A stretch of 64,000 nt of DNA from Bacillota bacterium (lineage in GTDB: Bacteria; Bacillota; Clostridia; Oscillospirales; Oscillospiraceae). The notes beneath the pieces are model-generated. The model did no database searches and was not told the origin of the DNA. It saw only the letters and a list, made by a program, of their open reading frames with translations. The stretch lies in the NCBI GenBank assembly GCA_022784505.1, contig JALFUQ010000056.1:1799-65798 (forward strand). The letters are read 5' to 3'. Of the stretch, positions 19,912-28,896 are shown piece after piece. Numbering within the stretch: position 1 is the first letter of the stretch; each line of letters begins with the position of its first letter. Made by a program: the position numbers and the translations under genes.

Positions 19912-21042
19912 ATGTATACATTAAAAAAGCAGGAAGGCCACGCCAGACGAGGCGAGTTTGAGACCCCGCACGGAACTGTGCAGACGCCGGTTTTCATGAA
20001 TGTCGGCACGGCGGCTGCGATAAAAGGTGCGCTTTCGGCGGCAGACCTTAAAACCATCGGCTGTCAGATTGAGCTATCAAACACCTACCATCTTCATTTA
20101 AGACCGGGTGACGAGATAGTCAAGACCATGGGCGGCCTGCATAAATTCATGACCTGGGACAGGCCTATACTCACCGACAGCGGCGGATTTCAGATCTTTT
20201 CGCTTGCAAGCCTGCGAAAGATAAGCGAAGAGGGCGTAAAGTTTAACTCTCATATCGACGGCAGACATATCTTCATGGGACCGGAGGAGAGCATGAGGAT
20301 ACAGTCTAACCTCGGCTCTGATATCGCCATGGCATTTGATGAGTGCATCAAGATACCGTCGCCGCGCGACTATGTTCAAAAGTCCTGTGACCGTACATAC
20401 AGGTGGCTTGCACGATGCAAGGCGGCGCTCAATGAGTACAATAGCATGGACGACGCGGTCAACCCCGGGCAAATGCTGTTCGGCATTAATCAAGGTACGA
20501 CCTTTGCCGATATCAGAATAGAGCACATGAAGAAGATAGCCGAGCTCGATCTTCCGGGATACGCTATCGGCGGCCTTGCGGTAGGAGAGACCCATCAGGA
20601 AATGTACGATACAATTGAGGCGGTCGAGGAATACATGCCCAAGGACAAGCCACGTTACCTGATGGGAGTTGGTACTCCTGGGAATATTATCGAGGGCGTT
20701 TACCGTGGCGTTGACTTTTTTGACTGCGTTATGCCCGCGCGAAACGGCAGGCACGGCCATCTTTTCACATGGAATGGAATTATCAACATTAAAAATGAAA
20801 AGTATCTGACCGACACTAAGCCTATCGACCCCGAGTGCGACTGCCCGGTGTGCAGAAGATACAGCAGAGCATACGTCCGGCATTTGTTCAAGGCCAACGA
20901 AATGCTGGCAATGCGCTTTGCCGTTATGCATAATCTGTATTTCTATAATAAGCTTATGGAAAACATCCGTGAGTCACTCGACGAGGGTTGCTTCGGCGAG
21001 TTTAGGGGCAAATATTCAAAATTATTGGATACTAGGATATAA
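19912..21042 (+). CDS. tgt: queuine tRNA-ribosyltransferase
   Basis: TPVFMNVGT, TDSGGFQ, GLAVGE and zinc site CDCPVC..H, plus queA-tgt-yajC synteny. Confidence 0.9.
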   Translation: MYTLKKQEGHARRGEFETPHGTVQTPVFMNVGTAAAIKGALSAADLKTIGCQIELSNTYHLHLRPGDEIVKTMGGLHKFMTWDRPILTDSGGFQIFSLASLRKISEEGVKFNSHIDGRHIFMGPEESMRIQSNLGSDIAMAFDECIKIPSPRDYVQKSCDRTYRWLARCKAALNEYNSMDDAVNPGQMLFGINQGTTFADIRIEHMKKIAELDLPGYAIGGLAVGETHQEMYDTIEAVEEYMPKDKPRYLMGVGTPGNIIEGVYRGVDFFDCVMPARNGRHGHLFTWNGIINIKNEKYLTDTKPIDPECDCPVCRRYSRAYVRHLFKANEMLAMRFAVMHNLYFYNKLMENIRESLDEGCFGEFRGKYSKLLDTRI

Positions 21043-21047
21043 AACAC

Positions 21048-21076
21048 TTGAAAAGAGTGCGTTTAATATGTATAAT
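21048..21076 (+). promoter_or_regulatory. putative sigma-A promoter of yajC
   Basis: TTGAAA-N17-TATAAT lies about 45 nt upstream of the yajC ATG. Confidence 0.5.
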
Positions 21077-21121
21077 ATTTTTCGTATAATTACAAACTAA
21101 TTTTATTTAAGGAGTATACAA

Positions 21122-21439
21122 ATGTTAACCTCTACATCAGGCGGCGGCAATCTCCAGATTATCCTCATTCTTGTTGTTTTCTTCCTCATCATGTACTTTA
21201 TCATGATCAGACCCGAGAAGAAGAAGCAGAAGAAGATTGAGGCTATGCGTAATGCACTCACTGTTGGTGACGAAATCGTTACCATCGGCGGCATCATGGG
21301 CGTTGTCGTGAATGTTACAGAAGACAACATCACCATTGAAACCGGTGAGGACAAGGTCCGCGTAAAGTTCAAGAAGTGGGCAGTCAGCAGCAATGTAAGA
21401 GCTGAAGCGGCTGAAGCAAAAGCAAACGCAAAGAAGTAA
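21122..21439 (+). CDS. yajC: preprotein translocase subunit YajC
   Basis: One TM followed by IRPEKKKQK..GDEIVTIGGIMG.V. Confidence 0.85.
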   Translation: MLTSTSGGGNLQIILILVVFFLIMYFIMIRPEKKKQKKIEAMRNALTVGDEIVTIGGIMGVVVNVTEDNITIETGEDKVRVKFKKWAVSSNVRAEAAEAKANAKK

Positions 21440-21450
21440 AACTTGGCATC

Positions 21451-21505
21451 AAAATCCCCCTGAGCTAATAAGATGTACAAACATCTTTAGTTCGGGGGGA
21501 TTTTT
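21451..21505 (+). terminator. long imperfect hairpin plus T7 run after yajC
   Basis: AAAATCCCCC ... GGGGGGATTTTTTT with an inner AGATGT/ACATCT stem. The T-run abuts the TTG start of the next gene. Confidence 0.55.
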
Positions 21506-21919
21506 TTGCGGTCATCGAAAACAGCAAAATTTAATAGCAGAGCAATTGTTCTGTCTGTTATAGTGGGCCTGTTGATAACAATAGTTTTACTATTGATGGT
21601 ATCGGCAATGATACAAAACGGCATGCTCAACGAGGGCAGGATGGGTGCCGCGCTTGTCATAATTAACATAATTGCAGGTTTCGCATGCGGTATGACAGCT
21701 CGCTCATCCGGCAGGGAAGGGGGGAGGTTAACCGGATCGATTGCGGGTTTGGCATATGCCGGACTCATAATTATGGTTGCGTTTTTTCTGGATATGCATA
21801 CACCACAGGCTGCCGCAATGGGCAAAATAATAGCCATATCGCTGGTCAGCAGCTATGTAGGAAGCAAGATCAATTTAGCTAAAAGTAACAAAAAATTACG
21901 CAAAAAGCGCAAATCGTGA
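21506..21919 (+). CDS. small polytopic membrane protein (TIGR04086/YrzE-like)
   Basis: Four predicted TM helices with a Lys-rich C-terminus. The family assignment is from memory only. Confidence 0.5.
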   Translation: MRSSKTAKFNSRAIVLSVIVGLLITIVLLLMVSAMIQNGMLNEGRMGAALVIINIIAGFACGMTARSSGREGGRLTGSIAGLAYAGLIIMVAFFLDMHTPQAAAMGKIIAISLVSSYVGSKINLAKSNKKLRKKRKS

Positions 21920-22065
21920 ATTTTCAATAACTATACGTAAAGAGTCAGAGTGGTTTACATAAATTCGAGTGATTACCTACATGTTGTGCTGTAATCAGCG
22001 TACGATTACGAAATCTAGTGAAAAATCGCTGTGGATTCAACCTTGCGTAAAACGGCGGTATCGTG

Positions 22066-22093
22066 GTTAACATAATATAGTTAACATAATATA
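22066..22093. repeat. perfect tandem duplication of the 14-mer GTTAACATAATATA
   Basis: Read directly from the sequence at 22066-22079 and 22080-22093. Confidence 0.9.
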
Positions 22094-22236
22094 CGGTCAT
22101 AATTAACAAAAATCATCATTTTTCTTAAAAAGCCTTGATTACAACGAGAATTTGTATTATATTTAGTTTACCTAAGTTATTATGTAAATTTATCCGTTAT
22201 TCTCTGTGGTCAAGTCGCTTCTCTTGAGGTAACGGT

Positions 22237-22770
22237 ATGAAAACTGAACTACTTAATAAACCGGCTCGTCACTTTCGCTTTGATAGTTCCGGTTTATTGT
22301 TGATGTCCCTTGCTTTTTTGCTTGGTGTCGGATCTTATGTGCTCATTAAGCCCTCGTTTCCGGAGGCGGTTAACAAGGCTTATTCAATAGTCAATTTGGA
22401 CTATCGCGTCTTTGGTTGCGTTTTACTTTTGCTGCTTGTGCAGCTGACGGCTTTTTCGATCATCGGAACTGTTATACTTTCGGTGCTTAACTTCGCTTTC
22501 GGGCTTATGCTGCCGATGTCTCTGGCTACCATAATGCCGGCCGACAAGCTGGATATCTTATTTATCGCAAAAGCTTTTTCCGCTGTTTTAGTGCTCATTT
22601 TTTCTGTTTTGGCTCTGTCGTGCAGCTCATGCACCTCTGCAAAGAGGCTATACGGCAGGCTTCGCACCGACAGGAGATTTAAGGTCGAGCTTATAAAATC
22701 GCTTGCACTTGCTGCTGCGTTTGTTATCTTGTCAGTGATCGGTGTTTCCGATATAAATATGTTTTTTTAG
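22237..22770 (+). CDS. hypothetical polytopic membrane protein, possibly SpoIIM-like
   Basis: About five TM helices, GAGG RBS and a position immediately upstream of xerD (spoIIM is near xerD in Bacillus). The sequence match to SpoIIM is not verifiable by eye. Confidence 0.45.
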   Translation: MKTELLNKPARHFRFDSSGLLLMSLAFLLGVGSYVLIKPSFPEAVNKAYSIVNLDYRVFGCVLLLLLVQLTAFSIIGTVILSVLNFAFGLMLPMSLATIMPADKLDILFIAKAFSAVLVLIFSVLALSCSSCTSAKRLYGRLRTDRRFKVELIKSLALAAAFVILSVIGVSDINMFF

Positions 22771-22786
22771 AAAGGGGGTCGGTTGA

Positions 22787-23680
22787 ATGCTTAATTCAGA
22801 GTGCCTTGAAATTTTCAACAAGTACCTTACTGAAGTTAAGAAGTGTTCACAGAATACCCTCAGTTCATATCTGCGAGATATCAGACAGTTGAGCGAGTAC
22901 ATGGAGACCCATGTTGACGACAGCCTCGACAAGGTTACAGAGGATGAGCTGTCCGATTATATCAACTGGCTCAAGGGCAACGGCAAATCCGTCGCGACAG
23001 TCAGCCGTGCTATTGCCTCAATCAAGAGCTTTTACAGTGTGCTTGTTACAGATGGCCACATTGAAGAAAGCCCGGCCACAAAGCTTGTTCCTGATAAAGC
23101 GACGCAAAAGCTTCCGCAGATACTTACCAGCAAGGAAGTTGAGCTATTGCTTGAGCAGCCCTCGTGCACCGACGCAAAGGGTTACCGAGATAGGGCGATG
23201 CTTGAGCTTCTTTATGCAACGGGCATAAGAGTCAGTGAGCTTATTGCGCTGAACATCAACGATGTCAATACCTCCGCCGGTGTCGTCCGCTGCGTCAGCA
23301 AGGACAAGGAGCGTTTTATCCCGCTTTATTCGACCGCTGTAAAGGCTCTTTCGGAATATATTGAGTTTATCCGCCCGCAGATGATAGCTATGCCCAACGA
23401 GCAGGCTCTATTTGTCAATGTAAGCGGCGAGCGAATGTCAAGGCAGGGCTTTTGGAAGATAATTAAGTCATATCAGCAGAAGGCTCACATAGAAAAGACG
23501 ATAACTCCGCATACGCTGCGCCACTCCTTTGCAGCGCATCTGCTTGAAAACGGTGCTGACCTGCATTCGATACAGGAAATGCTCGGACATGCCGATATAT
23601 CCTCGACTCAGATCTACTCTCAGCTTGTGAATAAGCAGCTGAAGGATGTTTATAACAAAGCTCATCCAAGAGCGAAATAA
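22787..23680 (+). CDS. xerD: tyrosine recombinase XerD
   Basis: LSYLRDIRQL, ATGIRVSEL, HTLRHSFATHLL-type and LGHADISSTQIY motifs (catalytic R..HxxR..Y). Confidence 0.8.
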   Translation: MLNSECLEIFNKYLTEVKKCSQNTLSSYLRDIRQLSEYMETHVDDSLDKVTEDELSDYINWLKGNGKSVATVSRAIASIKSFYSVLVTDGHIEESPATKLVPDKATQKLPQILTSKEVELLLEQPSCTDAKGYRDRAMLELLYATGIRVSELIALNINDVNTSAGVVRCVSKDKERFIPLYSTAVKALSEYIEFIRPQMIAMPNEQALFVNVSGERMSRQGFWKIIKSYQQKAHIEKTITPHTLRHSFAAHLLENGADLHSIQEMLGHADISSTQIYSQLVNKQLKDVYNKAHPRAK

Positions 23681-23685
23681 GCACT

Positions 23686-23715
23686 AAACTCCCCACCTGG
23701 TGTGGGGAGTTTTTA
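23686..23715 (+). terminator. rho-independent terminator after xerD
   Basis: ACTCCCCAC-loop-GTGGGGAGT followed by TTTT. Confidence 0.7.
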
Positions 23716-23760
23716 TTGTTGCGAAGAGCAGCTAAGTGTGTTAAAATTTACTGATAGGAA

Positions 23761-24282
23761 GTGATAAATTTGCGGATATTAGGCATAGACCCCGGGCTTG
23801 CAACCGTCGGCTTCAGCATAGTTGATGTTGAAAAAAGCAGAATGAGGCTCGTGACCTGCGGAGTGATAAGCACACCGGCGCACACCTCGCTCTCCAGCAG
23901 GCTTGACAGGATATTTGAGGATATGAACGATCTGATATCGTCGTTTTCTCCCGATGTCATGTCGATCGAGGAGCTTTTTTTCAACACCAATATCACTACC
24001 GGCATAGCCGTTGCCCACGCAAGGGGAGTGATACTCCTTTCTGCGTACAGGGCAGGCGTGCAGGTATTTGAATATACCCCGCTTCAGGTAAAGCAGGCCG
24101 TGGTAGGCTATGGCAGAGCCGAGAAAAATCAGGTCATTGACATGGTGCGCAGAATACTTGCACTTCCCGCAGCGCCGAAGCCTGACGACGCGGCCGATGC
24201 CGTAGCGCTGGCTATTTGCCACGCACGAAGCTCCACATCACTTTTGAGCAAAGGAGTAAATGATATATGTTCTACCATTTAG
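23761..24282 (+). CDS. ruvC: crossover junction endodeoxyribonuclease RuvC
   Basis: RILGIDPGLATVGF and EYTPLQVKQAVVGYGRAEK motifs. The real start may be the TTG at 23770. Confidence 0.9.
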   Translation: MINLRILGIDPGLATVGFSIVDVEKSRMRLVTCGVISTPAHTSLSSRLDRIFEDMNDLISSFSPDVMSIEELFFNTNITTGIAVAHARGVILLSAYRAGVQVFEYTPLQVKQAVVGYGRAEKNQVIDMVRRILALPAAPKPDDAADAVALAICHARSSTSLLSKGVNDICSTI

Positions 24283-24860
24283 AAGGTGTAGTTTCCGATA
24301 TAGATATAAACCTTGCAGTCATCGACTGCGGTGGTGTGGGCTATGCAGTTAACACGACCGCAAACACACTGTCAAGGCTCAAGGTCAAGGAAAAGGCAAA
24401 GATTTATATATCCGAGTATATCAAAGAGGATTGCTTTGACCTCTACGGCTTTGCAACGCTCAGCGAAAAGCGCTGCTTTGAAATGCTGCTGACCGTGTCC
24501 GGCATAGGCCCGAAGGCCGCCCAGGCGATACTGTCGACAAGCACACCTGAAGCGCTTGCAATGGCGATAATGACCGGCGATGAAAAGGCGATAACCGTTG
24601 CACAGGGTGTCGGCAAGAAGATAGCTCAGAGGGTCATTCTTGAGCTCAAGGACAAGGTCAGTAAGGAAGCTAATGTCGTTGCGTCCGAGATGCCTGCAGT
24701 TTTGACCCCGGCTGATGGTGATTCGAGAAGTGATGCCGTTGCGGCACTGATGGTACTAGGCTACTCCGCGCCCGAGATAAACGGCGTGCTGCGCCGCATG
24801 GATGTGACTGGAATGACGACTGAGCAGATAGTGAAGATAGCGCTTAAAAATCTTATGTAA
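24267..24860 (+). CDS. ruvA: Holliday junction helicase subunit RuvA
   Basis: MFYHLEG, the GVGY segment and HhH motifs VSGIGPKAA / GVGKKIAQR. Confidence 0.9.
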   Translation: MFYHLEGVVSDIDINLAVIDCGGVGYAVNTTANTLSRLKVKEKAKIYISEYIKEDCFDLYGFATLSEKRCFEMLLTVSGIGPKAAQAILSTSTPEALAMAIMTGDEKAITVAQGVGKKIAQRVILELKDKVSKEANVVASEMPAVLTPADGDSRSDAVAALMVLGYSAPEINGVLRRMDVTGMTTEQIVKIALKNLM

Positions 24861-24871
24861 GGAGGCGTCAT

Positions 24872-25915
24872 ATGAGCATCAATTTCTCCGATGGTCTTGA
24901 AGATCAGGCAATGGTCACAAGCTCTTCAGTCTTACCCGAGGACGCCGGTGAGGGCAGTCTTCGCCCCAAAACCATAAGTGAATATATAGGTCAGGAAAAG
25001 GCAAAGGACAACTTAAGCGTGTTCATTGATGCCGCCAGAATGCGCAATGAGCCGCTCGACCACGTTCTGTTGCACGGCCCTCCGGGTCTCGGCAAAACGA
25101 CACTTGCTGCCGTCATTGCAAACGAGATGGGTGTCAATATGCGTATCACCTCGGGTCCTGCTATAGAAAAGCCCGGCGACCTTGTCGCCATGCTCACGAA
25201 CCTCAACGAGGGCGATATCCTGTTCGTTGACGAGATACACAGACTCAACAGGGCATATGAGGAAATACTTTACCCTGCGATGGAGGACTATGCGATAGAC
25301 ATCATTCTCGGCAAAGGTCCCTCGGCAAACTCACTGCACCTTGAACTGCCGAAGTTTACGCTCATAGGCGCTACGACCCGCTCAGGCCAGCTTACCGCGC
25401 CCTTGAGAGATCGCTTCGGCGTTACGCTGAGGCTCGAGCTTTACACGCCTGACGAGTTGCGCAGGATAGTTGAGCGCTCGGCCGACATTCTCGGCATCGA
25501 GATAGACGGGGAAGGGGCGTATGAGATCGCCTCGCGCTCAAGAGGAACTCCGAGAATTGCAAACCGCATGCTCCGCCGTGTGCGTGACTTTGCGCAGGTC
25601 AGAGCAGACGGTGTTATAACCAAGGAAGTTGCCGATATGGCGCTGTCTCGGTTGGAAGTCGATAAGCTCGGCCTCGACTCGCTCGACCGTAGGATGTTGC
25701 GCAGTATAATAGAATTTTACGGCGGCGGCCCAGTCGGGCTTGAGACCTTGGCGGCAACGATAAACGAGGAGGCCGTGACGCTTATCGATGTCTATGAGCC
25801 CTACCTTTTGCAGCAGGGATTTCTCACAAGAACGCCCCGCGGCCGCTGTGTGACCAAAAAAGCTTACGACCACCTTGGCATAGAATACCTCGGGCAGCAG
25901 GAGCTCGGACTGTGA
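24872..25915 (+). CDS. ruvB: Holliday junction helicase subunit RuvB
   Basis: [17 protein letters not shown] and RGTPRIANR motifs. Confidence 0.95.
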   Translation: MSINFSDGLEDQAMVTSSSVLPEDAGEGSLRPKTISEYIGQEKAKDNLSVFIDAARMRNEPLDHVLLHGPPGLGKTTLAAVIANEMGVNMRITSGPAIEKPGDLVAMLTNLNEGDILFVDEIHRLNRAYEEILYPAMEDYAIDIILGKGPSANSLHLELPKFTLIGATTRSGQLTAPLRDRFGVTLRLELYTPDELRRIVERSADILGIEIDGEGAYEIASRSRGTPRIANRMLRRVRDFAQVRADGVITKEVADMALSRLEVDKLGLDSLDRRMLRSIIEFYGGGPVGLETLAATINEEAVTLIDVYEPYLLQQGFLTRTPRGRCVTKKAYDHLGIEYLGQQELGL

Positions 25916-25962
25916 ATTGTTGAAAACACTGAATTTTTTGCGCGTTTACGGTTAATTTTCTA

Positions 25963-25990
25963 TTGACAATTAATAACTTTGTAATATAAT
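25963..25990 (+). promoter_or_regulatory. putative sigma-A promoter of sigH
   Basis: TTGACA-N16-TATAAT. Confidence 0.5.
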
Positions 25991-26022
25991 ATAATAGACA
26001 AATTGGAATATAGCTGTTTTTT

Positions 26023-26652
26023 ATGTTTAGTTACTCTAAAATTGATGATAATGACTTACAGAAGCTTGCTTTGAAAGGCGATGTCTTGGCTGAGGAAGCT
26101 CTTGTTGAGAGATATATGAGGCTTGTGCGCATGTGCGCAAGACCGTTGTTTCTTGCAGGAGGGGACAGCGAGGATCTTATACAAGAAGGAATGTTCGGGC
26201 TGATCTCGGCTGTAAGGCAGTATGATCCCGCTCAGAAGACAAGCTTCAAGACCTTTGCGGAGCACTGCATAAAAAACAGGCTTTTGACAGCAGTTAAATC
26301 GGCGTCGAGCACTAAGCATATACCATTGAACGCAGGCGTCTCGCTCGACACTTTACTCTCGGATGAATCCCAGACCCCACCATTGGCATATGCCGAAATG
26401 TTTCAGACATCACCTGAAGAGCAGGTTCTGGCCAGAGAGAACAAAAGAAATAAAGAAGAGTTTTTCTTATCCATTCTGGAAAAGTTATCGAAATTTGAAA
26501 AGTGTGTGCTTCGCAATTATCTGAACGGTCTTAGCTATAAGGAGATTGCACAGATAAGCTGCAAGGACGAAAAGGCCGTTGATAACGCAATCCAGCGGAT
26601 AAGGCGCAAACTGGCGCAGAATTTCAAATCAGGCGATTTCAGCAGAAGCTGA
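26023..26652 (+). CDS. sigH: RNA polymerase sporulation sigma factor SigH
   Basis: Close to my recollection of B. subtilis Spo0H, with EDLIQEGMFGL, TSFKTFAEHCIKNRLLTAVKSA, KHIPLN and DNAIQRIRRKL. Confidence 0.8.
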   Translation: MFSYSKIDDNDLQKLALKGDVLAEEALVERYMRLVRMCARPLFLAGGDSEDLIQEGMFGLISAVRQYDPAQKTSFKTFAEHCIKNRLLTAVKSASSTKHIPLNAGVSLDTLLSDESQTPPLAYAEMFQTSPEEQVLARENKRNKEEFFLSILEKLSKFEKCVLRNYLNGLSYKEIAQISCKDEKAVDNAIQRIRRKLAQNFKSGDFSRS

Positions 26653-26699
26653 CGCATATAAAAGCCGACAGGCGAGTTTTTCAAAAGAGAGGATTTAAA

Positions 26700-26978
26700 A
26701 TGTACGAAGACAAGACCTTAGTTTGCAAAGAATGTGGTCAGGAGTTCGTGTTCTCCGCAGGTGAGCAGGAATTCTATGCAGAGCGCGGCTTCCAGAACGA
26801 GCCCCAGCGCTGCAAGGCTTGCCGCGACGCTCGCAAGAATGCTGCTCGTGGTCCCCGTGAGTTCTTCACCGCAGTTTGCGCAGCATGCGGCGGCGAGGCA
26901 AAGGTTCCCTTTGAGCCCAAGTCCGACCGTCCCGTCTACTGCAGCGAGTGCTTTGCAAAGATGAAGGAAGAGGCCTGA
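26700..26978 (+). CDS. zinc-ribbon protein, CxxC-x17-CxxC type
   Basis: CKECG...CKAC and CAACG...CSEC pairs, with the EQEFYAERGF motif. Confidence 0.7.
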   Translation: MYEDKTLVCKECGQEFVFSAGEQEFYAERGFQNEPQRCKACRDARKNAARGPREFFTAVCAACGGEAKVPFEPKSDRPVYCSECFAKMKEEA

Positions 26979-27001
26979 GGAATAACCTACAGGAATAGAG
27001 T

Positions 27002-27033
27002 GGGGCGTCTTCGCGGCGTCCCTTTCTTTATTT
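27002..27033 (+). terminator. possible terminator
   Basis: GGGGCG-loop-CGTCCC followed by TTTCTTTATTT. Confidence 0.45.
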
Positions 27034-27058
27034 AATCAAACAGATTGGAGACTTGACT

Positions 27059-27277
27059 ATGGAAATGTTAAAAATTATGGATCTCAACAGAGAGAGCATG
27101 ATCTCCGACATTCTTGAAGATTTCCCCGAAGCAATGCCTAAGTTCCAGGAGCTCGGTATGCATTGTCTCGGCTGTGCTCTTGCAACCGCTGAATCTCTCG
27201 AGCAGGCCTGTGCGGCACATGGCATTGACCCCGATGAATTTTTGGTCGAGCTCAAAGCCTACCTCATGGCGCTTTGA
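27059..27277 (+). CDS. DUF1858 / hybrid-cluster-associated redox disulfide domain protein
   Basis: GMHCLGCALATAESLEQAC motif. ATG at 27059 lies 8 nt after GGAG. Confidence 0.7.
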   Translation: MEMLKIMDLNRESMISDILEDFPEAMPKFQELGMHCLGCALATAESLEQACAAHGIDPDEFLVELKAYLMAL

Positions 27278-27306
27278 TCGAGATTAAGTTAATTTGATCG
27301 AAGTTA

Positions 27307-27339
27307 AGCTAAAAAGCCGGATATACCGGCTTTTTAGCT
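27307..27339 (+). terminator. rho-independent terminator
   Basis: 14-bp stem AGCTAAAAAGCCGG / CCGGCTTTTTAGCT. Confidence 0.7.
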
Positions 27340-27353
27340 TTATATGGAGATAT

Positions 27354-28049
27354 ATGAGTAATAGACTTGAATTGATAGCGTCCTTTGTTGAGGGCGGCCT
27401 CGGTGTTGCCGATGTCGGTACAGACCACGGCTACATACCCGTAATGCTCGCCAAAAGGGGATATAAGGGCAATATAATTGCGACCGATATAAACGATGGG
27501 CCCTTGCAAAAAGCAAAGCAGAACCTTATGGACGCCGAATGCGAGGATGCCGTCGAGCTCATTTTGTGCGACGGGTTGGACGGCTGCAAACCGGAAATGG
27601 TCGACACTATTATCGTTGCAGGTATTGGCGGCGACGCGATAACCGGCATTCTCGACAGGGCTGAGTGGTGCGCCCGTGAGGATATGAAGCTTATCCTCCA
27701 ACCGGTCACAAAGGCGGAGATACTGCGGTATTGGCTTGTTAACAACGACTTTGTTATCAAAAGCGAAGCGCAGGTCGAGGAAAACGGCACAGTGTATCAG
27801 ATTATCTGCGCCGCACCAGGCAGAGACTGCCGGTACATGGACGCAGAGCTTTTTATAGGCAGGTATGAGCTTATAAAAAGCAGCCCATATTTTGATAGGC
27901 TGCTTTCAAAGCACATTAAGCGCTTTGCCTTGGCGGTCGAGGGCTTAAAAACTACCAACAGGGAAGAGCTGCTGCCTTGGCTCGGCCTTGTTGAAAACAT
28001 CTTAAGCGAGCTTGAAATGATGCTGGAGTGGAAAAATGAGAACCGTTAA
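27354..28049 (+). CDS. trmK: tRNA (adenine22-N1)-methyltransferase TrmK
   Basis: LADVGTDHGY.P and IAGMGG-like VAGIGG motifs, with trmK-nif3 synteny. The ORF-track start at 27294 runs through the upstream terminator and was rejected. Confidence 0.8.
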   Translation: MSNRLELIASFVEGGLGVADVGTDHGYIPVMLAKRGYKGNIIATDINDGPLQKAKQNLMDAECEDAVELILCDGLDGCKPEMVDTIIVAGIGGDAITGILDRAEWCAREDMKLILQPVTKAEILRYWLVNNDFVIKSEAQVEENGTVYQIICAAPGRDCRYMDAELFIGRYELIKSSPYFDRLLSKHIKRFALAVEGLKTTNREELLPWLGLVENILSELEMMLEWKNENR

Positions 28050-28830
28050 GAATATATTTGATTATTTGGATACGCTTGCACCCATCGGGCTCAAAATGAG
28101 CTTTGACAATGTCGGAATCCTTGCAGGCAGTGAAAATGCGTCGGTCAAAAAGTGCCTGCTTGCACTTGATATAACCGATGATGTCATTGACGAAGCGGTG
28201 TTAATTGGTGCTGATCTCATTGTATCGCATCACCCGCTCATATTCCACGAGCTTAAAAGCATTGTCGCCGAGGATCTTGTCGGCAGGAAGATAATCAAAC
28301 TTATTAAAAACGACATTTCTGCCGTATGTATGCACACAAATCTTGATATAACTCAAGGCGGCGTTAACGATGCGCTTATGAGAGCTCTCGGCGGCTGTGT
28401 GAGCGGTTTTCTTGAGCCCTGCGGCATGGATGCCGACGGCGCGCCCGTCGGCTGCGGGCGCATAGGTGAGCTGCCTGAAAGCGTTGATCTTCAAAGCTTT
28501 TTAGCTATCTGCAAGAATAAACTACTTGTAAACGGATTGCGTTACCACAACGCAGGAAGGCCGGTCAAGAAGCTTGCCGTCATGGGCGGCTCGGGCGGAG
28601 ACTGTATCGCGCTTGCCGAAAGCCTCGGCTGCGATACATATGTCACGGCCGATATTAAGTACAACGGCTTTCTCGACGCCAAGGAGCTCGGCATAAATCT
28701 CATAGATGCAGACCATTTCTGCACCGAAAATGTCGTCATTTCCATCCTGCACGAAAAGCTCAGTGCAGAATTTGATGATGTTGACTTTTCGATATCCTCT
28801 GTCCATTGCCAAACGGCGCAGTTTTATTAA
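28036..28830 (+). CDS. Nif3-like dinuclear metal centre protein (YqfO)
   Basis: LIVSHHPLIF, CMHTNLD and DADHF motifs. Confidence 0.85.
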   Translation: MRTVKNIFDYLDTLAPIGLKMSFDNVGILAGSENASVKKCLLALDITDDVIDEAVLIGADLIVSHHPLIFHELKSIVAEDLVGRKIIKLIKNDISAVCMHTNLDITQGGVNDALMRALGGCVSGFLEPCGMDADGAPVGCGRIGELPESVDLQSFLAICKNKLLVNGLRYHNAGRPVKKLAVMGGSGGDCIALAESLGCDTYVTADIKYNGFLDAKELGINLIDADHFCTENVVISILHEKLSAEFDDVDFSISSVHCQTAQFY

Positions 28831-28834
28831 AAAT

Positions 28835-28863
28835 GAATAATACGCCTTCGCGGTTCATAGACT
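28835..28863 (+). promoter_or_regulatory. putative sigma-E-type promoter of spoIVA
   Basis: GAATAA-N15-CATAGACT, with the same spacing and near-identical boxes as the site at 13016. spoIVA is SigE-dependent in Bacillus. Confidence 0.35.
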
Positions 28864-28896
28864 CGTACAAACGAGAAAAACTGCGGAGGCTTTTTT

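Noticed and set aside
21981-22070. 29-codon Cys-rich basic ORF (MLCCNQRTITKSSEKSLWIQPCVKRRYRG) in the AT-rich gap.
   Set aside because: It has no convincing Shine-Dalgarno sequence, no hydrophobic or known motif and no identified promoter. It is indistinguishable from chance.
22066-22093. Tandem 14-mer as a possible CRISPR or minisatellite.
   Set aside because: There are only two units with no spacers and no cas genes. It is far too short for a CRISPR array.
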